DNA of 64,000 bases from Phoronis australis (lineage: Eukaryota; Animalia; Phoronida). The stretch spans positions 894,294 through 958,293 of the forward strand of contig NMRA01000056.1 of NCBI GenBank assembly GCA_002633005.1, written 5' to 3'. This document shows, piece after piece, positions 25,001 to 38,154 of the stretch. A program made the position numbers and the translations under genes. Numbering within the stretch: position 1 is the stretch's first letter; each line of letters opens with the position of its first letter. The notes beneath the pieces were generated by a model. The model saw only the letters and a list, made by a program, of their open reading frames with translations. It made no database searches and had not been told where the DNA came from.

Positions 25001-28000
25001 TAGTGCCAAGACAAAATAAGAGATGTAAATATCTGCCGTGGGAAAGTATGACAGAATTATTTCCTTGTTGACTTCGTCTCCGAATGAAAGGTAGCCGAAG
25101 ACGGGGACGAGTGTGTTGAACACGGCGCAGATGAGTATTGTGGCAGCAGTGGTCTTTGCGAAGCCCATTGTATTTCTTTCACTCATTGCAGCAAAAATAG
25201 TCGTCATTTCAAAGTGGCACTAGAAAGAGAATACAACGATCCTACATTGGGTCCATAACGCTGTTTTGACCGTGAAGCGAACTTAGGGGGCTCCAGGGAG
25301 TACATGTAGGCCTATACGCTGAACACACCATTGGCAATGGCTCTGTTTCCTTCCACAAAAGAGCGGATTTAAGTGAAGTCAAACGTGTTTTAAGAATTAA
25401 AGTTCTTCAGGCATTTCCTATACTAGTGCTGTCAGACTTAATTACAATAAAGGGTAATTGAGAGGAAGGACTAATTGTCTTTCGGTTTGTGACCGTCCAG
25501 ACTTGCACTGCCTGCCAACTCCAGACGGTTCATCACAAGACAATGTTATGCGGGATACTCTTCTCAGTGGGCGACTCTATGCAATAGGTGGTACAAGAAG
25601 AAAAGTACGCGTCTGCATAAATAGAGAGCATAAACGCGTAGTAACGCGTTCCGTAATGTAAAACACTCGCATGAAATTTACTTGAGGCTAGGAATATTGG
25701 CTAAGGCTTGTGGAACGGAAACTGTGTTTACTTACAAACTTTATTGCGCTTTCAACTTTCCAGCTTCACCGAACAATTGACAGCTTTCTTGTAAGCTAGT
25801 GTGGTCGCGAAGTTATCGTGAAACACCCACCTTTCAGTAATGTAATTTTGTATAGTTTTGTGTAATGTCAGTCAAACTTTGCAATAAACCCATTTAAGAG
25901 TGCGTTCCTGTGAATTAGCATGACGACTTCGAGGAATATAAGGACTCGCGTCTACCTGGATGTATACACATCTGTACCTGGTGTAGTCACGTGCCACTGT
26001 CGCTTGTACACGCGGATGTTACGGTCAGTGACCCTGGAGTCTCTTGACTCAAAATTTCTGGTCCACCCCGGACCAGTGTAACAGAAGTGAGTTTTTAGCA
26101 ACTGGTTACTACGTCTGAGATGCCTTGTGGTTCAGATGGCTTCGTTTTTAAAGGTTGGAAAGTGCTAATTTCTTATCAAAACATCAACATACGATAAGCT
26201 GTCAAATCAAAACACCCGCAAACACCATCTGACGATACATGTTAACTAGCTGATCTCGAGCACTTATTGGTCGATAATAACAACGCAGTATCGGGACAAC
26301 CAATCATACATTAGTCACCATTCTATTTAAACAGAAAAGTCGTCAGATATTGCTGCTCGTGTTGATGAACACGACACACCTAGTGTGTCCGTTGAGTTGA
26401 GAAATTTTTAATTTTTTCTATTCTCCGATTTTTGAGATTTTGAATTCACGACTGCGATATGCAGTCCTATAAAGGAAGGTGTAAAGATGCTGACAATATA
26501 GTCAATTGTCAAAACAAAGTAAATGGTGGTTTTAAAGCCTTCTTAGGATGAGGCTTTCCACTTTTTGAGGTTTCAGACCCTGTATAATAATTTTATAGAA
26601 TAAAATATGACTAAACAAGCACTTATTTTGGGAAATAAGGAATTTTGAATTCTAAAGAAAAACCAATGATTTTTTGGTTTCCCGCCACGTGATGTCAACA
26701 GTGGAAGGTCTTGGATCAGTTGACAGTAAATATGCAAAAGTAGATAGCATTAAGTCATACCCGTGACTGCCGTACCAATCTGTGCTATACCAAAATTGTT
26801 AGTAACCAAATTCAATCATTTATTACAATCGTGTGAAGGCTTTTCTCCATTCTTCTATTTTTAACATGCTTAAAAGCACTTTAAAAATATAAGACTAGGA
26901 GGAAACGTGTGACAGTTTAACGACGATGTCCAGAGAACTAGGTTTTCGAAACTTAGTTAAGAACTGTACATGGGTAAACAATTGAATGTTGGCGACGACG
27001 GAGAATGATTGGCTAAAGCATAAACTTTTCTTTCCCAAAAATCACAATACCGGATGAACTTTATTGTACCTGACTCTCACCAATCGCTCTTACCATGTAA
27101 GCCAATGACACACCAGGTGCAATTAGTAAAGTGTCTATCCACGTGGCTTTGGTATTGAAGCTAACGACCTCCGTTGATCTCAGGAAGTACTTGACAACTA
27201 TGAGACCGACGATGTATATCATTCCGACAAAACCCATCGCGCTGCAAAGTAGAACAGATTCTGTGCAACAAATGAAGCATTGAGGTAGTTTTTAAAAATC
27301 TTTTGTCTTAAGTGTGTTGTAAGATGTTGATGAATAGTCAAGACTGTGGAGCGCTACATCTGGTTCCAAGTAGCTATCCTACTGTAGGAGTATGTCTGGA
27401 AAATGATCTTAAAGATAGCCTCCAGTGACCAAAGCACCCTTTTGACACCAGAAATACAAGTATTTTTAATAACATGTTGTTTTTGTTTTTTAAATACCAT
27501 AGGAAAGTAATTAATTGCGATGTAAATTACACTAACAATCATTCGTAGCCCCTTCGAGCACCCCAGAGATTTTCTCAACCAATCAGCGTAAAGTGGTGCA
27601 TGTGACATCATCGTGCCAATGAAATTTCCCCCGTAGTCTCAATGCGCAGCAGCTGAGTGTCATTTCTTGGACGTAAGCTAGTTATGGGTCTCTGGGGTAA
27701 AATACCGCGTAGCGTGGTGCGCGGGTGCAGCAGTGTAAGCGAGAATGGCATATATTTACGCAACTGACCCGCCGATTCCGTCATGTGCCGTGCATGGAAT
27801 AAATTCGCATCCAACACAAGGAATGACTGGCGACAAAATTCTAAGAGCAGCAAGATCTCTTCTTGCCTTGCTGCAAAGCAGTATATTAAATGTGCGCCAA
27901 TGTGGGTAAAAAAACTGACTAATTAAATTCTGACACAAAATTAGTTTCAGTAAAAACCACACCGCTCTTCCTTGAGTAAACTAAATTATTTACCGGTGTT

Positions 28001-31000
28001 GGAAAATTAGCGTTCTACCGCCATTCTATTGTTAAACTGTGGTGCACTCTTTTGTGTCGGATTTCGGTGCTGTCACCAATTGTCCAGTTTAATTTTTAAC
28101 GACCCTTCAATCAACTGATCTTCTTTTCTACAAGTTTGCGTACATGTCACAATAAATTATCGGAACTGGTTTCATTTCGCTTTAGTATTTTAATATCAGC
28201 AAACCAAATTTCAGAACAAATTTTGCTGCTGCGTGATTGACATCATCTGCCGAGAGATGTCGCAAAATTTTAGGAAATGGCGCATGCGCGTGTCACGAGC
28301 GTACTGTTTTCAAAACGACGACAGACTTTTCTTTGTCACAAAAAGGTGGAGAATTATGCTAGAAAATGACGTTTATTAGATTGTTTTACTTAAAGTGCTT
28401 CAACGGGCAAGGTGATTGTCAGTTGATTCCCAGATTTTGTATGCACCTCTGCCGGTCGTTGGCTCTACATGTTATTGTTGATATACTTTTCACGACGAGG
28501 TAACGAGCAGAACTACCCCAGCTGTGTGAAATTTCGGGGTCTAACGGAGCTGAACACACAGTGGTCCCTAGCTGTATTTTGACAATAGTTTTCATACACA
28601 CGAGGTGTGTTCAACAACTGAACGAATGACCTACTTTTAAGTAGGTCAACAGTTGATCCCCACTGGATCAGAGATAGTCACAAAATTAAAACGTTTTAGC
28701 GATAATTAAGTTAAATACGTACTGAAAATTCAGTTGACATTGCGAATGAATCTTGAAATAGGGAACATATGGTTAAGGCACGTATAGGTTATATTGACCG
28801 AAAACAAGTTTTCACCGAATAATTAACCAAAGACTTTGAGAATGGCTTGAGATTTTCACCTCTCACAACTTAATCAGCTTTTTCTGGGCTTCGGCAAATC
28901 GACTTAATCCGACTCAGGAACACGAGTTCTCGAAAACCGTTGTGTAAATTTCGTTGAAAATTTCTAAACTTAATATGCATTCATCAATCTCAAGAACTCT
29001 TTTGGGATGACTATTAAAGATGAATAGTCTCATTAATTTGTGAATACGCACATGAAATGCTAATTTGCAAACAACCCCGGGTCCCCCAGTGTGTCAGAAA
29101 TCATCCGAGAACAAGTTACCGTTACAATCTCGCGAGAAAATTTTATGTAAATGAATATGGCGCACGAAGACTCGATACCGGGCAAGAGAACAAAGAAGAA
29201 ATGTAATTTTATTTTGCCGTCACCTTGAACAATATTCAACATCATGCCATTTTATGTTTCTGATAGTGCAAATTTTATTTGCATACAATTCTCGTCCACA
29301 TTTCTTAGGACGACAAGGGAATCCCTAAGAAACCCCCCACAGCATTGTCGTTACCCTAATGAAACAAGGCACATTTTTATTATTTGCTTATTTCAGTATC
29401 AAATAAAGATTGGGTAATGTTGAGAATTCTTAGGGTTTTTCATATATTTACACTTGTTTTTAAGTGTGTCAGTTGTGGTGTTTTTTAAACACCAATGTTT
29501 ATATAAATTGCTTCTTATCCTGATTATACTTATTCACACAAATTTTCAGGTAGTCTCTAGGTGGTGCTTGCTACAAATTTAAATTTTCAGTTTTAATGAG
29601 ACATAGCATCTTTATTTAACCTATCATAATAAAACGCTGTGCTCTTACCTAGCATACTTCAGACCGTTGATTTCTCGCAGTAGGCACATGGGTAGAAGGA
29701 TTAATAACCCCAATATGGTAACCAAGGCCTTCTGGTTGCCGTACCACGTGGTAACAAACTCTTCAGATATCACGCTGGCCACAACTGAAACGAAGAGAGT
29801 GTATTGTCCAACAATGACACATTTCGCAGTCAGAAGCCACAACACTCCACAATCAAACTGTCGCCACTTTACGTAGGGCCTCATATCAAAAATAATTAAC
29901 ACTCCTTGATTGATTTCTAACAGTCGAACGACCAGTCAAAACAAAATCGTATGCGCTCCATCTCTACAAGTAATACACGAACTGTGACCTCAAAATTGCG
30001 TCGGAGCCTCCGTCCAATCTGTCCGATTGGCTGTATACGAAAGGGCGAAACCTATCGTTGGACTTTTGCATTTTGAATATAGTCCTTAGCGTCTACTGAG
30101 TGCTTATAACGATCAATGGCGTAGCCAGATTCGGAAGTTGGTACCCAGAGTGATGGATCACTGGTTGCCAGGCCAGGCACGCAAACACAAGCACAAGATA
30201 GTCACAACATATGACAGTTGGCAACACGGACCGTGGCCTTCTTGTGATCTGCAGCGGTGATCGCAATACGCGTTCGAGTGCTCACGGCTACTACCACGAT
30301 TGCTTATCGCAGGCGCAGATCCAGGGAGTCCAAACCCCAACAGGGTTACTTTTACATTGTTGTAATGGAGGAATCTCAAACACTCACTATGTAAGCTACT
30401 CTGTTGTTGCCCCCGGACAAAATTCTGGAACTGCGGTAATATTGTCTACTAGGTTATGTAAGACCGTACAGACAAGTCTATGTATTTTATCAAATATTTA
30501 CAAAACTATAAATTCTTAACTCAGTAGAAGTACTTACGTTTTTGAAAGTACGAGGAAACCTGTAAAATTTGACTATTTACCAGGCTGCCATTGACTTAGC
30601 TGAGACAATTCCTAAATTTTACTAAATTTTAAAATAAAAGTTCAATTTGTCTTAAAATCATTTCAAATTAGAGATCTTAAGCTTGATTTAAGTGTTTGAC
30701 GTAAGTTTTGTCTTAATTTTGATGAATTTACCAGATGTGGAAGTTTCAAAGTTTGGACGTTAAGCCAAATCTTAGACTTAAGGCAAAAATGAACTTAAGT
30801 CAGTTTATTGGAATGGGCCCCTGGTCTTTTTCAGTATAAACAAAAGTACATTGATAGCAAAACAACGATGTCAATAACATGATCAACATGAGATCTCGGA
30901 AACGCTGTTTTAGCTTTCTAAAATATCGTTTCGAATTCGTTTCGTGCAACTTTAATTTTTCATCAAAGTTCTGTTTTGACAGCTCCTCCTTCATTGTGTC

Positions 31001-34000
31001 CAAAAGTCGCCGTCATTCGTTCTCATATTCGTAGAGAAACGGCCAATTTCACAAAGATCCTACGAGAGCTTACAAAGATTCATCCGCTGACTCAGAAGAA
31101 TTTCACTTCTTGGTGACGCCATTGTTGGACTCGCTCGTGTGCTTTCCCAAACAGAGAAGCATCGTATGCATACTCACATTTTCTTCGTGGTTGTAGTGAT
31201 CACGTGACCTCAATCAAAGTGAGTACCGTAGGCATAGTATATTACCAATAGTCACCTACCGGGGTATCGGATTTTGTGAACAAGTTTGTTGCACGTTATA
31301 CAAGGGAGAAAACTGGTTCTTAAGGTAACTGTAAACCTAGTTTACCAGACTGTACTTATGTGAAAATACCTTAAATTCTGTTAGCTGTAACTCCTACAAA
31401 GTATACTTTTTCTGAAAGGTGAAGAAGATTTTCCTCACAAAATGTATTATTCTTATTTAATTGTCTTATTTTTTCACGATATGCGTATTTTAGTTAAAAA
31501 ATGACTTTGAACAAAGATTTAAAAAATATTGTTCCCTCCAATCATATCGGTCGTTTGACAACATGTTGCTAACGGTATTTTCGATTTTAAGTAGGTCTTA
31601 ATTTTTTTAATTATCCACTTTTCAGAGTATTCTGAATAAAAACGGCCGTACTCTTTATTTTTGAAGGCTTCGTTCCAAAAACATTAGACATAAATCGAGA
31701 TTCTTATACCCGGTTACCTTCGAAACTGAGTCATCAAATAGCAAGTATTCGAAATTTCATAGCAATCCGTTCACGCATTGCCGAGAAATCGATGTACAAA
31801 ACTTAAAATAAACCCCAAAATCGCAACGCGAAAAATTGGCAGCAACGCACGGTGGAGATCGAGAAGTGTACATTTGGCATAATATCAGAACTTTCAGGAG
31901 TTTCTTGACATGATTAATTTGGGTATTGCGAAAAGTAGAAATTTAGGAATAACCGTTCAGTTTTCAGTTAGCGACCTAATCGAGTCTGCCAGAATGCTCA
32001 GGTCGCAATTAACTGTGGGCGGAGTTTGTGCCTCATTTAGCTGAACTAGGTCAACGCAGCTTTTTCGAGAAGGCTGGTAAATCGTGGACGTGGTGTAACT
32101 AAAATACAGAATAGAAATCATGTTGAATTTTCTAAGGGCACAGAAAGAAGTACTGGGAGCATTGCGTTGAGAAATTGGTCTCTAGTGAGATTTAGCCATG
32201 ATTTTATGTTGTTACTTCAAACCATTTTCATTTTGCGAAATAAAACTCCAACCTTGTCTCCTTGTTTCCTAGTACAAATCAAGTTCGCAAAACTGTGATC
32301 TTTCGTTCAAGACATTTTATCGGAGACACGTGAAAGTCTGATTTTATATAGTAATTCACTGGGGCTTACCGGAGACCCACGAAATATCAGTTTACTTACA
32401 GAGTGTTGTTTTTGGTTTCCATAACTAATGCCTGATGTTAGATATCAATCTTTACTTGATGTATCCAAGTTGATCTGGATCCTGCCATGAGCCTCAGGTC
32501 CGGGAGGTGTGAAATTCACTGCTAGCCGAATTCATGGATTGCGTGATTCAGCGAGTTCACTGATGCAATAAATCGTTGCCTCTGCCTGTTCTTGCAAATA
32601 TAAACTCTCGTCGGATTACACCATTGCTTACATTTCTGTATATTTCAGATTCGATTCAAAAGTCCTGTGACTGAGTGTCGACCTAAAACGCTAGGTATAG
32701 TGGTGTTCGGCCGGTCGCGGAAATTACCGAAAGTGTAGTTGGATTATTGGGCGGAGCTAAATCGTCTGCAGAAATAGAAGACATACGACGGAGTAAAGTG
32801 GTTGGTGAGTAATGCAACAGAGAAAAACTTGACGTAAAGAATAAGATAACAGCAAATAACATGTGAAACTCCAGTGGCACGAAAACGAGGCAGCAACTGT
32901 GCCTGACGGGTGTTTACGGCATTGTGGGTGAGATTGGAGTGTCCGGCTGTGCAATACGGGGCGGACCTGTTGTAGATGGACTGGTACAAGTTAGTAACGT
33001 AGGCAGGCATGCGCAGGCCGCTCGAGTGGTCCCATTGCATTGATCACCTGGAATCATGTTTGTGCTTTATCAGTTCATAGTTAAAACCGAGCTCAGGAGC
33101 TAAAAATGGGTCCCTAGGACCAAGCAGTGTACCCCAGTGGTACTCGAACCCAGGATCTTGAGTAAAGGAAGCGGACACCTATCCCCCAATCCAACACTGC
33201 CTCTTCCAGACATAGAGTAATAATGTACTCACATTTTTCCACGTGGTCTCCAGTGACGACTAAACACATTACGCAAACCCCAGCACCTTCCACAACCATG
33301 AGAACTATGCATATTTTCTGTCCAAAGTTTCCCAGTACCATCAACGTGGCCTCTTGGTACGAGCTAGCCTGGGTCAAGTGTGCAATATACGCCAAGATCG
33401 CCAGCCCACCTGTCATCAAGGCTAGGACTGCCTGCAATGAAAATGGTTTGGTTACAAAGCTTTGAAGTTTTCTCCTTGGCAATTTTACATGTTTACGTCA
33501 GACAAATTTTAACTTGAAGTGATATCTTTCAAGCCATTAAGCACAACCTAAGCAGTAATTCCATCTAGTGTTCGGTCAAAGAACTAATCTTCTTGTTTGA
33601 CTAACTGCCGTACTGCTTTGAGCACATAAAATGACGACTCGCCAACATTACATCAGTGAGTTCCGGTCTCACTATGTTGAGGTCTGTTTCGAGTGGTTTC
33701 ATGTGATTTGAAACAACCAAACGTCTCTCCTGAGGAAACGGACCAGGCAAAAAGACGAAAAGTGCCTGGACATGTGGCATACACTAAGATACACTGTTTG
33801 GTGGCCACAGTTTCTAGTCTCATGCCCAAACTTAATTGGTATTTGAGAGTGGTGTAAATCTCAAAATAGAGACCAATTGGTCACATTTTTCTAAGATCTG
33901 ATTTTTATGCGTATTTCAACTTTTTAAATTTCCTTGTAGTTCTCCTATTTTTCGCAATTTTTTCACCCAATCACGAGAAGTTAGCACACCTTCTCGGGAC

Positions 34001-35374
34001 GATCAATTTCCGATCAATGCATCTCACTAATTCACTAAAACTAGTTCCTCTAGCAGTTTAGGTGCCTGCAGTTTTACTTATTTAAGTTACGTGTGCCCCT
34101 GTTTCACAAAAATACTATTAAAAACATTGGCACTAACTGTGTAAAATCCCAGTCAAGGTTTTTGAGCATTTTTATGAGAATTTTTAAATTTAAAAATACA
34201 GAAAACTTGATGAATTCTGGTGTAAGGAGTTCCTCCATATCAATGTACATATCAAAAACAACACTTCTGCTTAAAACGTGACCAAAAGAATGTCACAGTG
34301 TCGTGAGTGACATAAATAGATTCGTCTTGATTCCAAGTTTCGGAAATTTTCTACTTTTATGAATTCACAATCGCTAGTTACTAAGATATTTCAAGAAAAA
34401 GACACCGTATTAATCAGAGGTTCACGTTACATACATGAGGATATCTCGGTGTTCCATCAAGGAGACTTAACTTTTGATTTAGACCACATGCTGCAAAAAT
34501 TATCTCAACTTGTTTTTAATCTGATGAGAAGTGATTTCTGGGTTTGGACAACTGACAATTCAATATTAGTTGCGACCATAATCTGCACACGAAATGCCTC
34601 AGCCAATTTGTAGAGCAGACAGTTCTTTCGGTACAAACACAGACAGAAATCCAAAAATCACCTCTGATTTTATCCGGTTTCATAGTGATTAGTTGTCTCA
34701 TCAAAAGCTACAGTTTTAGTGACGAAAGGCGGTTTTTAGCCGCCTTGATTAGCACACACGAGCGAATAAGGTAACTTTTCCTCTATTCGAACCAAAACTA
34801 AAGGACAAATTACCATTTTCTTGCTTTTCAATACTCACTGTGTTGCCAAAATACTCAAAATTTCCCCGTGTGTTTGTTGGTGACAGCCTCTTGTATGAAG
34901 TAAAATTGTCTTCTTGCATGCTCTTGTTTAAAAGTTGATAAAATTGCTTATTGTTCTGCCATGCTTTGTTCTAATTTGTAATAGACTATTCAAATCAGTA
35001 AAAACAGAATGTAAGCTTAAAGTCTGCCCTGAAGACCTCATTTCTGTTTATGACCGTGAGATATGACCAGTATCACCGAACGCGAAACAGGGTGGTGATA
35101 TCAACCACAGGCCCATAATTTACCCAAGGTTGTTCGCTCTTAAACATAAATACCTTGTTGTTGGCTCAGATAATGCTTACGTAATGTACTGTACTGGCCG
35201 GTAATAATCCTCCGGCAGCATTGTAGGCCCATGGTAGCTCCAACAGTCCGATACCGAGGCAACAGTTAACAGCCAAGAACGTCGCCGAATACCACGAAAT
35301 ACCAGTTCTTTCTCGAAGATTTTCGTTGGCCTCTTCGTACAGATTAAATTCGTCAGTGTACGGTTTTCCACCAC
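21914..35374 (-). CDS. SLC38A7-like: SLC38A7-like sodium-coupled neutral amino acid transporter, copy B (whole spliced gene; coding exons 35374-35181, 33431-33233, 29784-29649, 27241-27094, 25219-24960, 23150-22951, 22071-21914)
   Basis: All introns are GT-AG and exon phases join into one frame (194+199+136+148+260+200+158 nt). The protein shows Aa_trans/SLC38A7 motifs: FLAVNCCLGIGLLELPWAYNAAGG, SSYQE, LPMCLLREI..LKYAS, AYMCH, FGYLSFG..V..EIILSY, TAFPVIFFCIR, VPDI..VVAYAGG...CIFPG. Confidence 0.92.
22951..23150 (-). CDS. SLC38A7-like: SLC38A7-like copy B exon (TM9-TM10)
   Basis: ttacag|NAVRDLW...IAVPDIVTVVAYAGGFGFFFSCIFP|gtaagt. Confidence 0.92.
23974..24881. mobile_element. Non-autonomous DNA transposon with TA TSD and subterminal 20-bp tandem repeats, in an intron of copy B
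   Basis: ta|TGTATGGGCCGCGGAAAG ... CTTTACGCGGCCGATACA|ta; AAATCAAACCTAATTCGTAA-type repeats on the left and TTTGATTTTTACGAATTATG x3-4 on the right. Confidence 0.82.
24960..25219 (-). CDS. SLC38A7-like: SLC38A7-like copy B exon (TM6-TM8)
   Basis: ttctag|CHFEMTTIFAAMSERNTMGFAKTT...FGYLSFGDEVNKEIILSY...LTAFPVIFFCI|gtaggt. Confidence 0.92.
27094..27241 (-). CDS. SLC38A7-like: SLC38A7-like copy B exon (TM5-TM6), absent from the ORF track
   Basis: ttgcag|AMGFVGMIYIVGLIVVKYFLRSTEVVSFNTKATWIDTLLIAPGVSLAYM|gtaaga; phases 2 and 0 match both neighbours. Confidence 0.9.
29649..29784 (-). CDS. SLC38A7-like: SLC38A7-like copy B exon (TM4)
   Basis: tttcag|VASVISEEFVTTWYGNQKALVTILGLLILLPMCLLREINGLKYA|gtaaga. 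Confidence 0.92.
33000..33207 (-). mobile_element. tRNA-derived SINE-like element
   Basis: The minus strand has a B-box-like GGTTCGAGTACC and a tRNA-like head; a diverged second copy lies at ~55485-55670 (shared GTTAAAACCGAG...AGGAGCTA and CCCATTGCA). Confidence 0.6.
33233..33431 (-). CDS. SLC38A7-like: SLC38A7-like copy B exon (TM2-TM3)
   Basis: ttgcag|AVLALMTGGLAILAYIAHLTQASSYQEATLMVLGNFGQKICIVLMVVEGAGVCVMCLVVTGDHVEK|gtgagt. Confidence 0.92.
35181..35374 (-). CDS. SLC38A7-like: SLC38A7-like copy B exon (N-terminus/TM1)
   Basis: ttgtttag|GT GGA... reads GKPYTDEFNLYEEANENLRERTGISWYSATFLAVNCCLGIGLLELPWAYNAAGGLLPASTVHY|gtaagc. This is a different frame from the ORF track. Confidence 0.9.
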
Positions 35375-35690
35375 CTAAACAAGATAAAATTTTTGGACAT
35401 GATTGATTTTATTGCTGCATCTAACCCAGTGTTCATCGAAGCTGGCTCATTGTACTCCAGACATCAAAAATCAACACACATTAAGTGATGTCTCTTGGTA
35501 ATGATATTTCAGACTTTAATGAGCAATTGAGAACGTCGATGAAGAGGACACAGACAGTTTGCAGAGCGAGAGCACTGTGGGTAGACTGGTAGCGGGCCCT
35601 TTTCATTGTATTTTCAACATTGTTTCACGTTTCATAGAATTTAGAGCATTAGATAAGTGTTTTGACTCAGAACTAACTAAACAGGCTTAC

Positions 35691-35703
35691 TCCTGGTGCA
35701 CAT
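35691..35703 (-). CDS. Candidate first coding exon of SLC38A7-like copy B (ATG TGC ACC AGG A|gtaagc)
   Basis: aaaATG context, strong gtaagc donor, and phase 1 matches the acceptor phase of exon 35374. No matching exon was found for copy A. Confidence 0.45.
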
Positions 35704-37054
35704 TTTGGTCAGGGATGACTATTTGAATGTTTCTGTGCCTCGGATATCCAGCGAATACAAATATTACAGACATACCAACAAATTTTCAAGGTGGATTCCA
35801 ATATGACGGCAACGGGACTACGCGGGACAAAATTTTGTCTTAAAAACAATAAAAATTGTAAAGCACATGCCATCAGTATCTCAAAAATTTTAGAAATATA
35901 CTTTTTGGTTCATGATGCCCTCTAACGGTTACCGAGCACCGTTTCAAAATAGTGAGAGCCACTGAGTCGACTTTGTTCGACAACGTCGCTGATAACCACC
36001 AGACATAAATTAACGACCACAAATCACATGGAAGAAGTGCTATAAAAATCGTCTTTTGAGTTCACTGGATTGATTTTTGCAACTTTCAGAACATTGCCAA
36101 TTTTCATGAAATTCACCAACCAAAAGTGATGTTGCTTGCATTAACGAGTGACTATGTTGGACTTCTTATTGATAATGCCTTTAGTTGAACCAAGGCATTG
36201 TGGATAATGTAAACTTGATCAGTGCATCACCAATTCCGGTTTTCCGACGAACTACTATTTTTATAAATTTCTTTCTTATAGGAACGATTGAAAGGGTTCA
36301 AGTCAAATGGACCAAAAGCCCTTCAGAAAGATATCAATTCCCTTTGCCAAACGACTGATGTTAAAACGTCAAAACGTTCTAACACAGTGTTTGGGCCGTA
36401 ATTTTCACAAGGCTCGGACCCCTATCGATGACATTGAGTTTGTTGTTTTGGTCACAGAAATTACTTTTGATCAGTTGTTCTGCGTTGGCGTCGTAATCTA
36501 GGTCGTAATAAAATCTGAATGCGTTGCGTATTATTCTCGCGCCAAGACCAAATAAGGGTGGAACAGTTTCAAAGCAACAGATGAATCGAGTTAAAAGGAG
36601 AAACCTGGTTTTGGCCTATATTAAAACAGATATTGAAAACGACTTGCACCGGCAACCAGCTCTGAAACAAAATAATTCTCTATGACCCCGACAACCCTGA
36701 AGAAATGGAGCAGCGTATGACTCCTTTCAACTTCTGATTAGTCGAATATTGTGGATTTTAAAACCCACCCAGTGAACGTAGACGCCATGGTTTCTTTGAT
36801 CTCAGTCACCCACGTCTCAACTTTACACATTTTTCTATTGTAGAAGTGGAGACATCATCATGCTGAGCGTGGACTTCCTATCGGAGTTTGGTTGGCTCGT
36901 ATTACAAATCAACCTTGCCTGGCTTCACTGAAACGTTGTTTTTACCTACTTTTGTGTTACGGTTGAGTGAATTTGTCTTAATGGTAAACAAATATTCGCA
37001 GTGTGTTTTGAACCATCAAGTTAGCCCAAGAAAATGTAAAGTTTCAACGTGTGC

Positions 37055-37448
37055 TAGCTTTAAATCCGACTTACAAAACACTCGCCAAAAACACATAGCT
37101 CATAAACAATAACATGAATCTGCTACCAATGATATGGTCGAAGCGTATCATTTGAGGACAACATTGCGTATCTTATCTGGTGGTAAATCATGTTTCGCAC
37201 ACACTTTGAGTTTAAATTTTAATGTGGCATAAATGGACGACCGTGACCTACGCTTGGGGTGAGTGAGACACACGACAAGGGTAAAGACTAGCCACCAAAA
37301 ACCATATTATCCAAACCACCAGATAGGATACACAAGGTTGTCCTCATATGACTCGCCTCGGCCATATCAGTTACATTGGTAGCAGATTCATGTTATTGTT
37401 TGTGAGCTATGTGGTTTTGGAGAGTGGTGGGGGCCGACTTTAAAGCTA
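37055..37448. mobile_element. MITE with ~80-bp TIRs
   Basis: TAGCTTTAAA..CATAGCTCATAAACAATAACATGAATCTGCTACCAATG is inverted at CATTGGTAGCAGATTCATGTTATTGTTTGTGAGCTATG..TTTAAAGCTA. Confidence 0.8.
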
Positions 37449-38154
37449 CAGAGAGTACGAGTTGAATCCTGCTTTCATGACTCGAGTGGGACGTCAATGG
37501 ACGGACAGAACGAAGTTTGTTTGAAACCACCAAAACGGGGTTCAGTATTCTGTCAGGTAATCACAGTGCGTCAAAGAAAATTTATATGCTCCAATGACTG
37601 AGTGTGCACTTCTGAAATTATCTAATATGTATAGGCAATGAGATAGCTCACTGGTATACGCAAAAACAATGTCTGTCATGGCACCACTGCAGAGATACCA
37701 GGGACTGTTTCATGACGAGAAGAACTCCAGACAGAAGTTTGGTCTTACTCTCCTACTTCACAATTGCTGAATGAAGGTTCTGCCAAGTAATTAGGAGCGC
37801 ATCACAATTTAAAAATAGTTTTGGGTAAGGATCTCATTAATTTGCAGTGGTGTGTGCATTCTGAGAAACTGCAATTTTGCTCAAGTGAGATTTGATTATT
37901 TTTCAGAAGTAGTTATGTAGAGCGAAGACCAATAAAGTCAACATTCCTATGTATACATGCATGAAAACAACAAAAATCACGATGTTCTGTTATCGCCCCT
38001 CGGGCTTTGTGAGCACGCGGATCTTCACTTCCAACTAGCCTAGTGAAAAACTGAAGATAAATTTGTTGTAGCTCTTGACGATAATTCATTATGACGACTA
38101 TAGCAAGCATGTCAATTCCGTGACGAGAAACGAATGACACTCTTTCTAGTTTGT

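Noticed and set aside
33120-33207. Possible tRNA gene
   Set aside because: Only a B-box-like motif is clear and I could not form a full cloverleaf. It continues into a body shared with another locus, as expected of a SINE.
35177-35374. ORF-track peptides MVENRTL... and MKNDTLT... (5968-6162), conserved between the two duplicates
   Set aside because: They are the alternative frame of the SLC38A7-like TM1 exon. Their similarity follows from nucleotide identity, and they end in the splice-donor gTAA.
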